Origin: an uncultured Thermodesulfobacteriota bacterium
Lineage (GTDB): Bacteria > Desulfobacterota > WTBG01 > CAIYCZ01 > CAIRTM01
Assembly: GCA_964518865.1 (NCBI GenBank)
Contig: CAZFIB010000012.1
Coordinates: 2,736 to 66,735, forward strand
Direction: 5' to 3'
Length of the DNA: 64,000 bases
Of the stretch, positions 11,205 to 21,872 are shown one piece after another. The translations under genes and the position numbers were made by a program. The notes below the pieces were generated by a model. It was not told where the DNA came from, searched no databases, and worked only from the letters and a program-made list of their open reading frames with translations. Each line of letters opens with the position of its first letter. The first letter of the stretch is position 1.

Positions 11205-13301
11205 GTGCAGTACGCACCTGTTTGTCTTTTTGTCTACAACCGGCCGGAGCATATCCGCCGCGTGACCGAGGCGCTCGGGCGGAACCTGCTGGCCGCTCAG
11301 ACCGACGTGCGGATTTATGCCGATGCCGCGGAAGGAAGGGACAGCCGGGTCGAGGCCGTCCGTGAGCATGTGCGATCCCTGGAGGGCTTCAAATCGACAA
11401 CCGTTATAGAGCGCGAAACCCACTTCGGGCTGGCGCGCTCGATCTTAAGCGGCGTAACCGAAACACTTGCTGCTGCCGGCCGGGTGATCGTGCTGGAAGA
11501 CGACCTGGTGACAGCACCATACTTTCTGAGCTTCATGAACAGGGCGCTTGACTATTATGAGCAGCATGATGAAATATTTTCCGTCAGCGGGTACAGTCAT
11601 CCGCCGCACACCCTGCCGATCCCTTCTGCGTACCGGCACGACGTGTACCTGAACTACCGGCCGTCGTCATGGGGCTGGGCGACCTGGGCCGACCGCTGGG
11701 AACGAATCGACTGGGACGTGTCGGACTATGAGCAGTTCTGTAACAGCAGTGCTCTGCAGGCGCGCTTCAACCGCGGCGGAGATGACCTCACTCCCATGCT
11801 GAAAGACCAGATGGACGGCAGGATCGATTCCTGGGCGATCCGCTTCTGCTATGCACATTACAGGCACAATGCCTACAGCGTCTGCCCGGTGCGCTCCTAC
11901 ATCAACAATATCGGCTTTGATGATACAGGCACGCACCCGAGCCCGCCGTTCAGCTGCGAAAACGACCTCGATGCATGCCGTGAAGCCGTAACCTTTCCCG
12001 ACAGCCTCGAGATCGACCGCGAAATAGCCGACAGGTTCAGGGATATGTACCGCAGGAAACCCGCTTCAGCAGGACGCACCGGCATCCTGCATAAAGTAAA
12101 AAAACTGTTCTCCTCGGTGTCGAAAGCAGGGCGGAGCTTCATGGTGCTGCTGGGCCTTGTGCTGCTGTGCTCTTCGTGCACCTCAGCCGGGCAGCCATTG
12201 AAAAAAAACGGCTATCTCATTATCGTTCCGACTGCGGTTTCGGCAGCGCTAGAGGACTTTGCCGCCTTCAAGGAATCGCAGGGGTTCCTCGTGCAGACCG
12301 CCCTTCTGGAAGAAATCCTTGCCGCATCCGAGGGTACGGATGATCCTGAAAAAATAAGAAACTATTTGATCCGATATTCATCCCGCGTGCCTGAAGCGCG
12401 CTATGTCCTGCTGGTCGGCTCGCCGTCCGGCATGCCGATGCGTTTTTCATATCCCGACCCCGACAACCACGGGCATTCGGTCCCGACCGACTTCTATTAC
12501 GAAGACCTGTCCGGCAGCTGGGATGCCGACGGTGACGGGTACTGCGGTGAGTACGGCGACGACCTGAGCCCCGGCACACATGACTACCGGGCCGCGCTTC
12601 TCACCGGGCGCATCCCCTGGGACGGGTACGATGAAATAAAGGCTGTCTGCGATTCAAGTATCTCCTACCAGCAGGACACATCGCCCCGCATGCAGAAGGC
12701 GCTCGGGGCCGGTGAAGACCTCGGGTTCGGCGAGGCCTGTGACGGCCCCCTGATCATGCATATGGTGAAAAAAATGGCTCTTGACCCCGGCGGATTTGAT
12801 ACCACCGTATTATACAGCGACTGCCCGATGGTGGCAGGTGACTTCGAGCTCAGCGCCGGTGCCTTTGTGGAACAATGGGAGCGGATCCAGCCCGGATTTG
12901 TGGTGTGGGTATCACACGGGGCCCCGGAGGGCACGACGTTTATCGATATTGAGAACTACCCGCAGGGTGCGGCACCCGCAATCGCGGTTTCGGCATCCTG
13001 CTCGGTTGCCAGCCCGGACGAGCTCAGCCTTGCCCGCGTGCTCATTCGCGACGGCTCCTGCGCAGCTTTCCTGGGTGCCTCGCGCTGGGACTACTTCGAC
13101 CCTTTTCCCGTGCTGGCAGCCGGATGCCGGGCGGCGACAGAGCTTCTCCGGCGGGGACGGTCGCTCGCGGAAGCAAAAGCCGAATTTATCAAGCGCTACG
13201 CGCGAAAACCTTCGTCGATCGAAGGCTGGCAGTACCACCAGAACATGTTCCTGTTCATGCTGTACGGGGACCCCTCCATTACCGTTTCCACCGGCGCCTG
13301 A
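11205..13301 (+). CDS. Fusion of a GT2-like sugar transferase, a hydrophobic segment and a peptidase C25 (gingipain-like) domain
   Basis: N-terminal APVCLFVYNRPEH, VIVLEDD, WGWATWADRW. C-terminal YLIIVP, YVLLVG, PTDFYY, GRIP, SHG, ASC, LYGDP. GTG start at 11205 after AGGAG. Confidence 0.8.
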   Translation: MQYAPVCLFVYNRPEHIRRVTEALGRNLLAAQTDVRIYADAAEGRDSRVEAVREHVRSLEGFKSTTVIERETHFGLARSILSGVTETLAAAGRVIVLEDDLVTAPYFLSFMNRALDYYEQHDEIFSVSGYSHPPHTLPIPSAYRHDVYLNYRPSSWGWATWADRWERIDWDVSDYEQFCNSSALQARFNRGGDDLTPMLKDQMDGRIDSWAIRFCYAHYRHNAYSVCPVRSYINNIGFDDTGTHPSPPFSCENDLDACREAVTFPDSLEIDREIADRFRDMYRRKPASAGRTGILHKVKKLFSSVSKAGRSFMVLLGLVLLCSSCTSAGQPLKKNGYLIIVPTAVSAALEDFAAFKESQGFLVQTALLEEILAASEGTDDPEKIRNYLIRYSSRVPEARYVLLVGSPSGMPMRFSYPDPDNHGHSVPTDFYYEDLSGSWDADGDGYCGEYGDDLSPGTHDYRAALLTGRIPWDGYDEIKAVCDSSISYQQDTSPRMQKALGAGEDLGFGEACDGPLIMHMVKKMALDPGGFDTTVLYSDCPMVAGDFELSAGAFVEQWERIQPGFVVWVSHGAPEGTTFIDIENYPQGAAPAIAVSASCSVASPDELSLARVLIRDGSCAAFLGASRWDYFDPFPVLAAGCRAATELLRRGRSLAEAKAEFIKRYARKPSSIEGWQYHQNMFLFMLYGDPSITVSTGA

Positions 13302-13318
13302 GCTGTTTTACAACGTGT

Positions 13319-14374
13319 TTATTGGCTTCCTGTGCTGCCTATATACCCCCGAACCGTCTCCTCGAAGTGTGAAAAAAAACCTTCCGGGCTCAGCCAGGTC
13401 TCCCACACGCGTCGGCAGGTGCGCTGCACGTCTTCAAACGAACCAGGGGTCAGGTTCGCGTGAAATGCCGCGACATGGTCAGCCGCATGCGATATGTTTT
13501 TTTCATCCACCCACACGCAGATGTCACGCCAGGGTATCCGGTCTTCAAACGGCAGCACGCAGTCCGTGTCGACAAACACGGGAATTCTGCCCAGTGACAG
13601 GGTTTCATACAAACGATAGGAAAAGTTGCCCCCGCCCCGGGCGCACAGCACATAGTCGGCGTCAAGCATATTGTGCACGTACTCCCGCCGCCTGGCCTGC
13701 GCAGCGCGCGCATCCAGCCTGCCGTCCACAAGCGCCCCGCCCCAGAACCCCTCGCGTATGACGAACCTGCAGGCAACCGCAGTGCTTTTTTTCAGCGCGC
13801 CGAGAGCCCTGGATCTGACTGCCATGCCCGGATGCCCGCCGGTATCGATGCCCAGCGCCTTTTTTATGTTCCGCTTGAGCGCCGGCATCCCTGCCTGCAG
13901 GCCGTAGCCGCAGTAGCTTACCGCCGGAACGGTCTGCAGCTGCCGCAATTGCAGGCTGCCCTGACAGTAGCACTGCAGGAAATCCTCCGACCAGCACGGC
14001 AGGGCAAATTCATTCGGCTTTCTGCAGGAGCGATACAGGGAGGTGCGAAATACCACGGAGCCGGGTATGCTCAGGTTTTCGTCGGAGTCGCTGTTGAAAA
14101 AAACGATGAGCGGCTTGCCGGCATCACGCGCCGCTTCCGCGGAGGCTCCGGCATCCTGCCGGCCGGGCTGCCACTCACACGGATACACGACCACGTCGGC
14201 ATCCTCAAGGGATGTCAACTGAAAGAACTGCCTTCCCCGTCCGGCATAGCGCTCAAAGCGGCCGGCGGTGGGCAGCGCCGGGTCTTCATCTGGCAGCCCC
14301 CAGAACGGAATGAGCATATGAACATGGCTGCGATCCGCAGGCAGGCACGTACGGTCAGAAAATATTTTGAGCAT
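13319..14374 (-). CDS. Exostosin-family (GT47-like) glycosyltransferase
   Basis: YVLCARGGGNFSYRLYETLSLGRIPV, LPFEDRIPW. Confidence 0.85.
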   Translation of the reverse strand: MLKIFSDRTCLPADRSHVHMLIPFWGLPDEDPALPTAGRFERYAGRGRQFFQLTSLEDADVVVYPCEWQPGRQDAGASAEAARDAGKPLIVFFNSDSDENLSIPGSVVFRTSLYRSCRKPNEFALPCWSEDFLQCYCQGSLQLRQLQTVPAVSYCGYGLQAGMPALKRNIKKALGIDTGGHPGMAVRSRALGALKKSTAVACRFVIREGFWGGALVDGRLDARAAQARRREYVHNMLDADYVLCARGGGNFSYRLYETLSLGRIPVFVDTDCVLPFEDRIPWRDICVWVDEKNISHAADHVAAFHANLTPGSFEDVQRTCRRVWETWLSPEGFFSHFEETVRGYIGSTGSQ

Positions 14375-14518
14375 TCACCCACCTCTGCTATAGTAATGCT
14401 TCCCGCAGATAACTCGAATGTGCAAATCCCACTGCCTGTTGCGGGATTGCGGTCAGGTGACTCATACTAGCATACTTTTAGCGCTCCCGGTATCTGAAAG
14501 ACACCGGCCGCACAATCC

Positions 14519-15667
14519 ATGAAAACCAGCTCAGGCTCTGCAATGGCGAGCGTCAGTGTCATAGTGCCGACATTCAACAGAAAAGACCTGGTGTGCGGGG
14601 CACTGGACAGTGTTTTTGCGCAGACCTTTCGTGATTTCGAGCTGCTGGTCATCGATGACGGCAGCACTGACGGAACCTTCGAGCTGCTGCAGCAGACATA
14701 CGGCTCGGCAATCAGGCTGTACCGGCAGAGCAACCTGGGCGCGGCAGCCGCACGCAACAGGGGCATGGACGAGGCCCGGGGCCGTTTTATTGCCTTTCTC
14801 GACAGCGATGATACGTGGAAGCCGGAAAAGCTCGAGCGACAGATCAGCGCTTTTCAGCGCGACCCTGACCTCGGGCTGGTCTACTGCGGGTTCGAAGGCC
14901 GCAACGAGCGCGGCGAACTGATTCGAACGCACATTCCGCAGCTTGACGGCATGATCGCCGACCAGCTTCTCTTCGGCAACCATATCGGCGGCGCCTCGGT
15001 CGTGGTTCTGAAAAAAGAATGTGCGAATGCCGTCGGCCGGTTTGACGGTGCATTCTCTCCGGCAGAGGATCACGAGTACTGGATTCGTTTCTGCCGCCGG
15101 TATAAAGCAGGCTTTACGCCAGAGCCCCTGGTCCTTTACCTGTCGCACCGCACAGGCATATCACAGGACAACGGCAGGCTGGAGCGGGCCGACCGTGCGG
15201 TTCTGCAGGCCTGCCTTGCCGGTGAGCCGGATACGGAAGAAGCCGCGCGCAGGAAAAACCGGGTTTTTCAGAATCTCTACACCCGCTGGGCACGGATATA
15301 CTGTACCGCCGGGAACGATGACGGGTACAGGCGATGTTTTGTCGACCTGCTGCACTGCCGGCCCGACACAATCTATGTTGATACGGCAACTATTGGAAAA
15401 GAAGAGCTCCTGGCGCTCGAGGCGCTTGATGCGTACTGCCGGCATACAGGCTGCTCACAAGAGGAGAAAAACACGCTTTCCGCCGTGATCGCGAAATCCT
15501 GCGCATATGCTTATTACAGCCAACGCAACACCGGCGGATTCAGCAGATGTTTTCTGCGCTATATGCGTCACGACTCACCACGGCGGCTGTTCAGAAACAC
15601 GGTGACGTACTGCATGCTGATGATGCGGGCCCTTTTTCTGAAACGCCCCCCCGGCACCGCTGCATAA
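14519..15667 (+). CDS. Glycosyltransferase family 2
   Basis: VSVIVPTFNR, IDDGSTD, FLDSDD, EDHEYW. Start may be 14543. Confidence 0.9.
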   Translation: MKTSSGSAMASVSVIVPTFNRKDLVCGALDSVFAQTFRDFELLVIDDGSTDGTFELLQQTYGSAIRLYRQSNLGAAAARNRGMDEARGRFIAFLDSDDTWKPEKLERQISAFQRDPDLGLVYCGFEGRNERGELIRTHIPQLDGMIADQLLFGNHIGGASVVVLKKECANAVGRFDGAFSPAEDHEYWIRFCRRYKAGFTPEPLVLYLSHRTGISQDNGRLERADRAVLQACLAGEPDTEEAARRKNRVFQNLYTRWARIYCTAGNDDGYRRCFVDLLHCRPDTIYVDTATIGKEELLALEALDAYCRHTGCSQEEKNTLSAVIAKSCAYAYYSQRNTGGFSRCFLRYMRHDSPRRLFRNTVTYCMLMMRALFLKRPPGTAA

Positions 15668-15716
15668 GCTCCCTGTAGAGGTGTGGGCCTGATCGGGCAT
15701 GTGCAGCAAGCGGACG

Positions 15717-17000
15717 TCAGCCGCAGGATTCAAGCACCCTGACCATTGCGCCGGTCAGCACGGAAAGCTCATCCGCAGAGATGATGTAGGGCGGCATTAC
15801 ATATACCAGCCTGCCGAAGGGGCGAATCCACACGCCCTCCTCGACAAACCGGGCCTGGAGCGCGGGCAGGTCGACCGGCTGCTTCATTTCAACGACTCCG
15901 ATAGCTCCGAGAACGCGCACATCAGCCACCGTTTCGAGAGAGGCGGCGGGCGCGAGTCCCTGCTGCAGCTGCTGCTCGATCGATTTCACCTTGTGCCGCC
16001 ACTCTGACGACAGCAGCAGGTCGATACTGGCATTTGCAAGCGCGCAGGCGAGCGGATTGCCCATGAACGTGGGGCCGTGCATGAACACGCCGGGAGGGCT
16101 GCCGCAGATCGTTTCGGCCACCCGGTCGGTGCACAGGGTTGCGGCAAAGCTCATGTAGCCGCCTGTTATGGCTTTGCCGAGACACATGATGTCAGGCGAT
16201 ACGCCCGCGTGAGAGCAGGCAAACAGCTCGCCGGTTCTGCCGAAGCCGGTTGCGATTTCATCACACACAAGCAGTACGTCGTAGCAATCGCAGAGCTGCC
16301 GCGCCCCGGCGAGAAACTGCGGATGATAGAAGCGCATGCCCCCGGCACCCTGTACCACCGGCTCGAGAATGAAGCCGGCAATTGATTCGCCGTGTTCCTG
16401 CAGCACCGCTTCTGCCTGTTGCAGGTCTGCCGGGTTCCATCGGTCGTAGAAACCCGATGCCGGCACCGGCACAAAGTGCTGCCGCGGCAGCGCGCCCTGA
16501 AAGAGCGCATGCATGCCGGTTACCGGGTCGCACACCGACATGGCATGCCAGGTGTCGCCGTGGTAGCCGCCCCTGACGGTTAAAAAAGATGTTTTGGCTT
16601 TTTTTCCGGCAGCCTGCCAGTACTGCAGGGCCATTTTCATGGCGATTTCGACAGCCACCGAACCGGAGTCGCAGAAAAAAATACGCTGCAGCTGCTGCGG
16701 GGTCAGGTCGACCAGCGTTTCCGCAAGCTGCACAGCCGGGCGGTGCGTGAGCCCGCCGAACATGACGTGTGCCATGTCATCGATCTGCGCGCGCAGGGTT
16801 TCGTTCAGCACCGGGTGACTGTATCCGTGAATCATGCACCACCAGCTTGCCATGCCGTCGATCAGGCGGCGCCCGTCCAGCAGCTCGAGGTACACTCCGC
16901 GCGCGCGTTGCACCGGATAGCAGCAAACCGGGTCGACGGCCGATGCATAGGGGTGCCATATGTGGCGCCTGTCAATCGAGAGAAGCCTGTCCGTATCCAT
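15717..17000 (-). CDS. bioA: Adenosylmethionine-8-amino-7-oxononanoate transaminase
   Basis: [62 protein letters not shown]. Confidence 0.95.
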   Translation of the reverse strand: MDTDRLLSIDRRHIWHPYASAVDPVCCYPVQRARGVYLELLDGRRLIDGMASWWCMIHGYSHPVLNETLRAQIDDMAHVMFGGLTHRPAVQLAETLVDLTPQQLQRIFFCDSGSVAVEIAMKMALQYWQAAGKKAKTSFLTVRGGYHGDTWHAMSVCDPVTGMHALFQGALPRQHFVPVPASGFYDRWNPADLQQAEAVLQEHGESIAGFILEPVVQGAGGMRFYHPQFLAGARQLCDCYDVLLVCDEIATGFGRTGELFACSHAGVSPDIMCLGKAITGGYMSFAATLCTDRVAETICGSPPGVFMHGPTFMGNPLACALANASIDLLLSSEWRHKVKSIEQQLQQGLAPAASLETVADVRVLGAIGVVEMKQPVDLPALQARFVEEGVWIRPFGRLVYVMPPYIISADELSVLTGAMVRVLESCG

Positions 17001-17344
17001 TGTTCGAATATCCGCAGGAGCCGTTCAAATAACGGTTAGAAAAATTTCTGCTTTTGTGCGCCCGGCAGAGGAGGGCGGGTGGCCCATGAGCACTGTTTGC
17101 ATGCCGTTTGCTCGTTTGCACACTCTTTCATTACCGGCGGCACGGTTACTGCATTATACACCATGCAGCACCGTGAAACAAAGTGCTGCCCGGCAATACT
17201 GCAACAGCTTTAAAAAATCCGGGAATGTCAGATTACAGGAAAGAAGCGCTCGACCCCTCCGGGAAGCTCCGTACCCCCGGCGGAGCTTCCTCTTTTTTCA
17301 CGCACGAGAGCAGGCTTCTGTCGGATGCAACACGAGGAAAACGT

Positions 17345-18673
17345 CTATTTATAGGTCGCCCTCACCGGGTCGTGCATCATTGATTCGCCCGAGGAATCGA
17401 TATCCTCGAGCCTGTACCAGTTCGTCCACCACCGTGCGGACTCATCCACGAACTCATACGCCGCCCCGCCGGTCGGTGAGCCCCTGGCGGGAATAAGGGC
17501 TTCATTGACACGCACATAACGGCCGCGCTGAAAGGCGCAGCGGTATATGTTGAAACCGGCGCTGTCGACCTCCGAAGCCGTTGTCCAGCTGATTGCAACG
17601 TGCTTAAACCCGCGGCGCTCGGCAGACAGTGATGAGAGCTCTACGAGGGTAGATGATCCTGCACCGCGGACCGCCCGCACATAGTGCAGAGCGCTTTTAC
17701 CGCTGCCGAAGTAAAAATCCACATACCCGAGATCGAAGTCGACAACCCAGGCCCTGTCGGTATAGCCCCCGGGGATGCTGGTTGATGTGCGGTAGGATGC
17801 GGCTACGGCTGCAGGAAAAAAATCGGTGTCGATGCTTGGTCCGTATCTCGTGTAATCGACAAGGGACTGCAGCTCGTTGACATTGGGAAGGCGCCAGTCG
17901 CTGTAACCGGCAAGTTCCAGGTTCTCGCAGTAGGCGAGGGCTTCCTGCCAGTCCATGGTCTGCGCAGGCCCTGCCTGCTGCCACATAAGCCCGGTGCCCT
18001 GATCACTGACTGTTCCGTCGCCGTTATCGACAAACATACCGCGTTGTGCGATATCACCGCGCACCGCCATGGCGCCGTCACCGTCTTTAATAAAATTGTA
18101 CTCATAGCCTGTGAAAAACTGCACATAATAAGGGCCCAGCGCTGCTGACGGGTCCGGGGTCGCGGTCCAGTAGTAAAGTGCAACGAGGGGGAAATAATCG
18201 GTATCGACTGCCGGGTCGATGGTGCCGCGGTCGATCAGGTATGACAGCTCGTGAATTTCCGGGAGGCGCCAGTCGCTACAGCCGCCGAACGCGGCCTGGT
18301 TGAGCGCAGGAATAAAAATATCCCGGGCATCATTCCAGCTGTAACTGTTTTCGAAATCGTGGATCGAGCCGTCATCGGTCTTGACTTCCCAGGTCAGGCC
18401 CGTAACCGTGTCGCGGACCATGGCCCAGGATTCCGCAGTATCGGGAAGCGGCAGGCCGCTGCCGTCCAGCTTTATATATTCACGGCTGCCGGTGTCATAC
18501 TGGGCATCCTGACCGTAGAAGGGCTCCCCGGGTGCAGGGCATGCGATTTCCGCAGTATTGTCGTAACAGGCTGTCTGTCCTGTGTCGGGCACGTGACCGC
18601 CTAAAGCCGGCTGGCAGGTAAAAAGCAGCACTACGTGCAAAAAAATACCTGATATTGCAACATATTTATTCAT
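17345..18673 (-). CDS. Secreted DUF1566 (Lcl C-terminal-like) protein with a C-terminal Ig/Fn3-like module
   Basis: Signal peptide, PDTGQTACY, two blocks ending DWRLP, C-terminal TLVELSSLSA..WTTASEVDSAGFNIYR. Start MNKY at 18673. Confidence 0.85.
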   Translation of the reverse strand: MNKYVAISGIFLHVVLLFTCQPALGGHVPDTGQTACYDNTAEIACPAPGEPFYGQDAQYDTGSREYIKLDGSGLPLPDTAESWAMVRDTVTGLTWEVKTDDGSIHDFENSYSWNDARDIFIPALNQAAFGGCSDWRLPEIHELSYLIDRGTIDPAVDTDYFPLVALYYWTATPDPSAALGPYYVQFFTGYEYNFIKDGDGAMAVRGDIAQRGMFVDNGDGTVSDQGTGLMWQQAGPAQTMDWQEALAYCENLELAGYSDWRLPNVNELQSLVDYTRYGPSIDTDFFPAAVAASYRTSTSIPGGYTDRAWVVDFDLGYVDFYFGSGKSALHYVRAVRGAGSSTLVELSSLSAERRGFKHVAISWTTASEVDSAGFNIYRCAFQRGRYVRVNEALIPARGSPTGGAAYEFVDESARWWTNWYRLEDIDSSGESMMHDPVRATYK

Positions 18674-18813
18674 TTTATCTTTACCTTGAGAAAGGTGACC
18701 ATGTTTTTCACTCATAATTATTATAGTACGTGCTGATTCCGGGCTCGTCAATGAACAAAACAAACAATTAGTATTTATTGCTTTTTCCGTCATGCTTTTC
18801 GGTGTGGAGCATA

Positions 18814-18850
18814 GAAAAAGCACCCGTCCTGCCAGGACGGGTGCTTTTCT
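18814..18850. terminator. Rho-independent terminator (bidirectional type)
   Basis: aaaaagcacccgtcct-gcc-aggacgggtgcttttct downstream of the 18881 gene. Confidence 0.8.
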
Positions 18851-18880
18851 GCTGCGTTCGAAACTGTTCAGCTGTCAGCC

Positions 18881-21007
18881 TCAGTCAATCGCCTTTGCGA
18901 TTCCTGAAAGCAGTTTTGCGGCGGTCCAGCGCAGAAAGGGGCTTTCCTCCAGCATTCCGCGCAGGTGCGGGCTTGCACGGTAGTAGGCTTTAATCAGGAT
19001 TCTCCCGAACCGAATCCGGGACAGCTTTTCATCGCGGAAGCGGCGGAACGTTTCAACTTCCTCCTCAGAGAGAACAAGCGCGAACGGGCAGGCGGAGGCC
19101 TCGTGAACCGTTACCTCGATTGTGCCGGTGCCTGTCAGGCCACCGCTGTCTATGACTTCCAGTGTTGCCGTGTACAGGTCCGCACTCTCAAAACGATGAA
19201 ACGATATCGGGTCGCCGTCAAATGATGTGTCCCACGAACCGTCGCTTTCAAAGTCCCATCTGAACTCGAGGCTTTCGATCGGATCTTCAGGATCGGAAGA
19301 GTCAAACGCCATGAACTCGAATTCGGTCTGGGTGTCACCCTCCGGCGGATGCACCAGAGCGACAGCTGTCGGCGGATTGTTTGTGCCGCCTGCAGGTGCT
19401 GTAGTCGTTGTCGTAGTGGTGCTGCCGGAAACTGTTGTCGTAGTGCTGCTGCCCGCTGCGGCACTGACCACCACCTGCTGGTCGGTCTGGTCGGTCAAGC
19501 CGCCCTGGTCGATAACTTCCAGGGTGACCGTATAGGTGCCGGCAGCGGTATAGTTCCACGTTTCGGTTTTAGTCGTTGAAAAGCCCGTATCCCACATGCC
19601 GTCACCGTCAAAGTCCCAGATGACCTTCAGTGCCGACACCGCATCCTCGGCATCCGTGCAGCCTGAGGCATCAAAAGAAAACATAGTTGTCGTATCACCG
19701 GAAGACGGGCTTACGGTGAACACGGCCGTCGGGTTCGTGTTGCCGGTGGTCGGTGAGACGACAATTACCTGCTGGGATGCCTGGTCGGTAAGCCCTCCGG
19801 TATCCTCAACTTCGATGGTTATCGTATAGGTGCCGTCCCCCGTGTACTGATGATCGATATCCTTGTCGGCCGTGATCTGGTCGTCCCAGGCACCGTCGGT
19901 TTCCCAGTCGATACGTACGATCAGCGCGGCGATCGGATCTTCGGCATCAGCGCTTGCAAACGGCTCGAGGTGAAAGGTCTGCGACGTGTCACCCGCTGGC
20001 GGTGTTACGGTAAAGGCGGCTGACGGTGCAGTATTGGCGGCAGCGGACGTTGTTGTCGAGGACGCGGCTGTTGTGGTTGTGGTGCTCGCCGCCACACCGT
20101 CATAGCGCAGCAGCGTACCGCTTGTTCCACCGGCGAACACATTGCTTGACGATGTTCCCCAGACGCTGAACAGCCCGAAATAGGTGCCGCTGGTCATTGT
20201 CGACCATGAGGTGCCGTCGTAATGTAGAATCGTGCCCTGATCGCCGACCGCAAAAACATCGTTAGACGCCGTGCCCCACACATCTCTGAGGGTGTTGGTT
20301 GTGGGATTGGTCATGACGCTCCAGCCGGTGCCGTCATAGTGAACGATGTCGCCGCCGACCGCGAAGATATCTGTTGCCGATGAGCCCCACACAGCTTCAA
20401 GAAAACTGGTTGTAGGGCTGGTCATTGCCGACCACGAGGTGCCGTTATAATGAAGAATCGTACCGGAATCCCCAACCGCATATACGTCGTTAGCCCCTGT
20501 GCCCCACACCCCGTAAATCGTATCCGTGCTGCCGCTCGTCATGGCACTCCAGCTCGATCCAATGCTGTGAACGATCTCACCGCTGTAGCCGACGGCAAAA
20601 ATATCACTCGCGGATGAGCCCCACACATCGATCATCCAGCTGTTGATACCGCTCGAAGTTGCGGTCCAGCCGGTGCCGTCGTAGTGCGAAACGCTGCCCG
20701 AGCTTCCGAGCCCGCCCCCTGCGATATAGATATCCGAAGCAGATGAGCCCCAGATGCCCCTGAGGGTACTGGCCCCTGCAATACCGCTTACCGACACGGA
20801 CCAGGCCGATCCGTTGTAGTGCAGAACACCGCCGCCCCCGGAAGAGTCATCAAGGGTGGCGTGGATGTCAGATGCAGAGCTGCCCCAGATGCTTTGAATG
20901 GAGTAAGACGTTCCTGAGCTCACAGCGCTCCACCCGGCAAAAGCTTGGGTCGATGTTACGACCGCAACTAAAATACACGTTGTAAAAACCAGTTGTAAAT
21001 GCCTCAT
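18881..21007 (-). CDS. Secreted beta-propeller repeat protein with 3 PKD domains and a CFI-box-CTERM-like tail
   Basis: Seven WG(S/T) repeats, Thr-rich linkers, WDFDGDG/WDFESDG PKD motifs, tail CPFAL..FRRFRD..GRILIKAYYRASP. Confidence 0.85.
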   Translation of the reverse strand: MRHLQLVFTTCILVAVVTSTQAFAGWSAVSSGTSYSIQSIWGSSASDIHATLDDSSGGGGVLHYNGSAWSVSVSGIAGASTLRGIWGSSASDIYIAGGGLGSSGSVSHYDGTGWTATSSGINSWMIDVWGSSASDIFAVGYSGEIVHSIGSSWSAMTSGSTDTIYGVWGTGANDVYAVGDSGTILHYNGTSWSAMTSPTTSFLEAVWGSSATDIFAVGGDIVHYDGTGWSVMTNPTTNTLRDVWGTASNDVFAVGDQGTILHYDGTSWSTMTSGTYFGLFSVWGTSSSNVFAGGTSGTLLRYDGVAASTTTTTAASSTTTSAAANTAPSAAFTVTPPAGDTSQTFHLEPFASADAEDPIAALIVRIDWETDGAWDDQITADKDIDHQYTGDGTYTITIEVEDTGGLTDQASQQVIVVSPTTGNTNPTAVFTVSPSSGDTTTMFSFDASGCTDAEDAVSALKVIWDFDGDGMWDTGFSTTKTETWNYTAAGTYTVTLEVIDQGGLTDQTDQQVVVSAAAGSSTTTTVSGSTTTTTTTAPAGGTNNPPTAVALVHPPEGDTQTEFEFMAFDSSDPEDPIESLEFRWDFESDGSWDTSFDGDPISFHRFESADLYTATLEVIDSGGLTGTGTIEVTVHEASACPFALVLSEEEVETFRRFRDEKLSRIRFGRILIKAYYRASPHLRGMLEESPFLRWTAAKLLSGIAKAID

Positions 21008-21142
21008 GAAACCTCCTTTGCTTGTTTTTTTCCTGATACGGCTTCCGTGTGACGAACATCATCGTTTCCATGGCCACTAAAAAGAGTAACGTGCCTTTGT
21101 ATTTTTGCAGCCGGGAAGCCATGAAGTCAAATTTTTTATTCA

Positions 21143-21191
21143 TTGACATTGCTGCCGGGATAGCCTATATGTGGACATGAATCCATATTCA
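21143..21191 (+). promoter_or_regulatory. Sigma70-like promoter with a putative TetR operator
   Basis: TTGACA-17-TATATG, then palindrome TGAAT-ccat-ATTCA (21178-21191) before tetR. Confidence 0.5.
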
Positions 21192-21207
21192 AAAAACCTC
21201 GTGCTGC

Positions 21208-21834
21208 ATGACTTCGCGCCGGACAACGAAAAAAAAAATCATTCTGGATGCCGCCCTCAAGGTTTTCGCGGACAAGGGTTATCACTATGCAACCATAGGC
21301 GACATTGCCAGAGAGGCCGGCATTGCCAAGGGATCGGTGCATGTTTATTTCGAAAGCAAGCTCGACGTTCTTCTCTCGATCATACTCCTGTTCTGGCAGT
21401 CGATAAACGAAGCCAACCGTAACAAGCTGAACGACGATAAAAATCCCCTTGAAACGCTCAAGGAACTTTTCAGCACGTTTCAGGACATGCTGCTGCATGA
21501 TGTCCAGTCGCTGTACTGGGCAAAAATACTCAGGGAGGGTCTGCCGAAACTGCACGACATCAAGAGCGAGCAGCTCCGTAACAAACAGGCCGACATCGAG
21601 CGCGAGCGCAAAAAACTGATGGAAACAATCGACGCGGTCATTCGCAAAGGACAACGGCAGGGCCTGATCAAGAAAAACATCAAGCACCAGGCGCTCCGGC
21701 AGATTCTGGGCGGCTCCAGTCAGCTGCTGGTATACGGTTTGTTTATGCATCTGAATGAGTCAAAAGGCATCGGCTACCGGGAAAAAGATGTCAGGGATTC
21801 CATGAGTATTTTAATCGACAGTTTTTCAGCATAA
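21208..21834 (+). CDS. TetR/AcrR family regulator
   Basis: ILDAALKVFADKGYHYATIGDIAREAGIAKGSVHVYFESK helix-turn-helix. Confidence 0.95.
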   Translation: MTSRRTTKKKIILDAALKVFADKGYHYATIGDIAREAGIAKGSVHVYFESKLDVLLSIILLFWQSINEANRNKLNDDKNPLETLKELFSTFQDMLLHDVQSLYWAKILREGLPKLHDIKSEQLRNKQADIERERKKLMETIDAVIRKGQRQGLIKKNIKHQALRQILGGSSQLLVYGLFMHLNESKGIGYREKDVRDSMSILIDSFSA

Positions 21835-21872
21835 CGAATGTATTGACAACACAACCAGAAAAGGAGGGAAAC

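Noticed and set aside
15717-17000. bioA as a sugar aminotransferase of the GT cluster
   Set aside because: It has canonical BioA motifs and is convergent to the last GT, so the adjacency is probably incidental.
20090-20950. CRISPR or DNA repeat array
   Set aside because: The periodicity is degenerate protein-coding WG repeats, not identical repeats with spacers.
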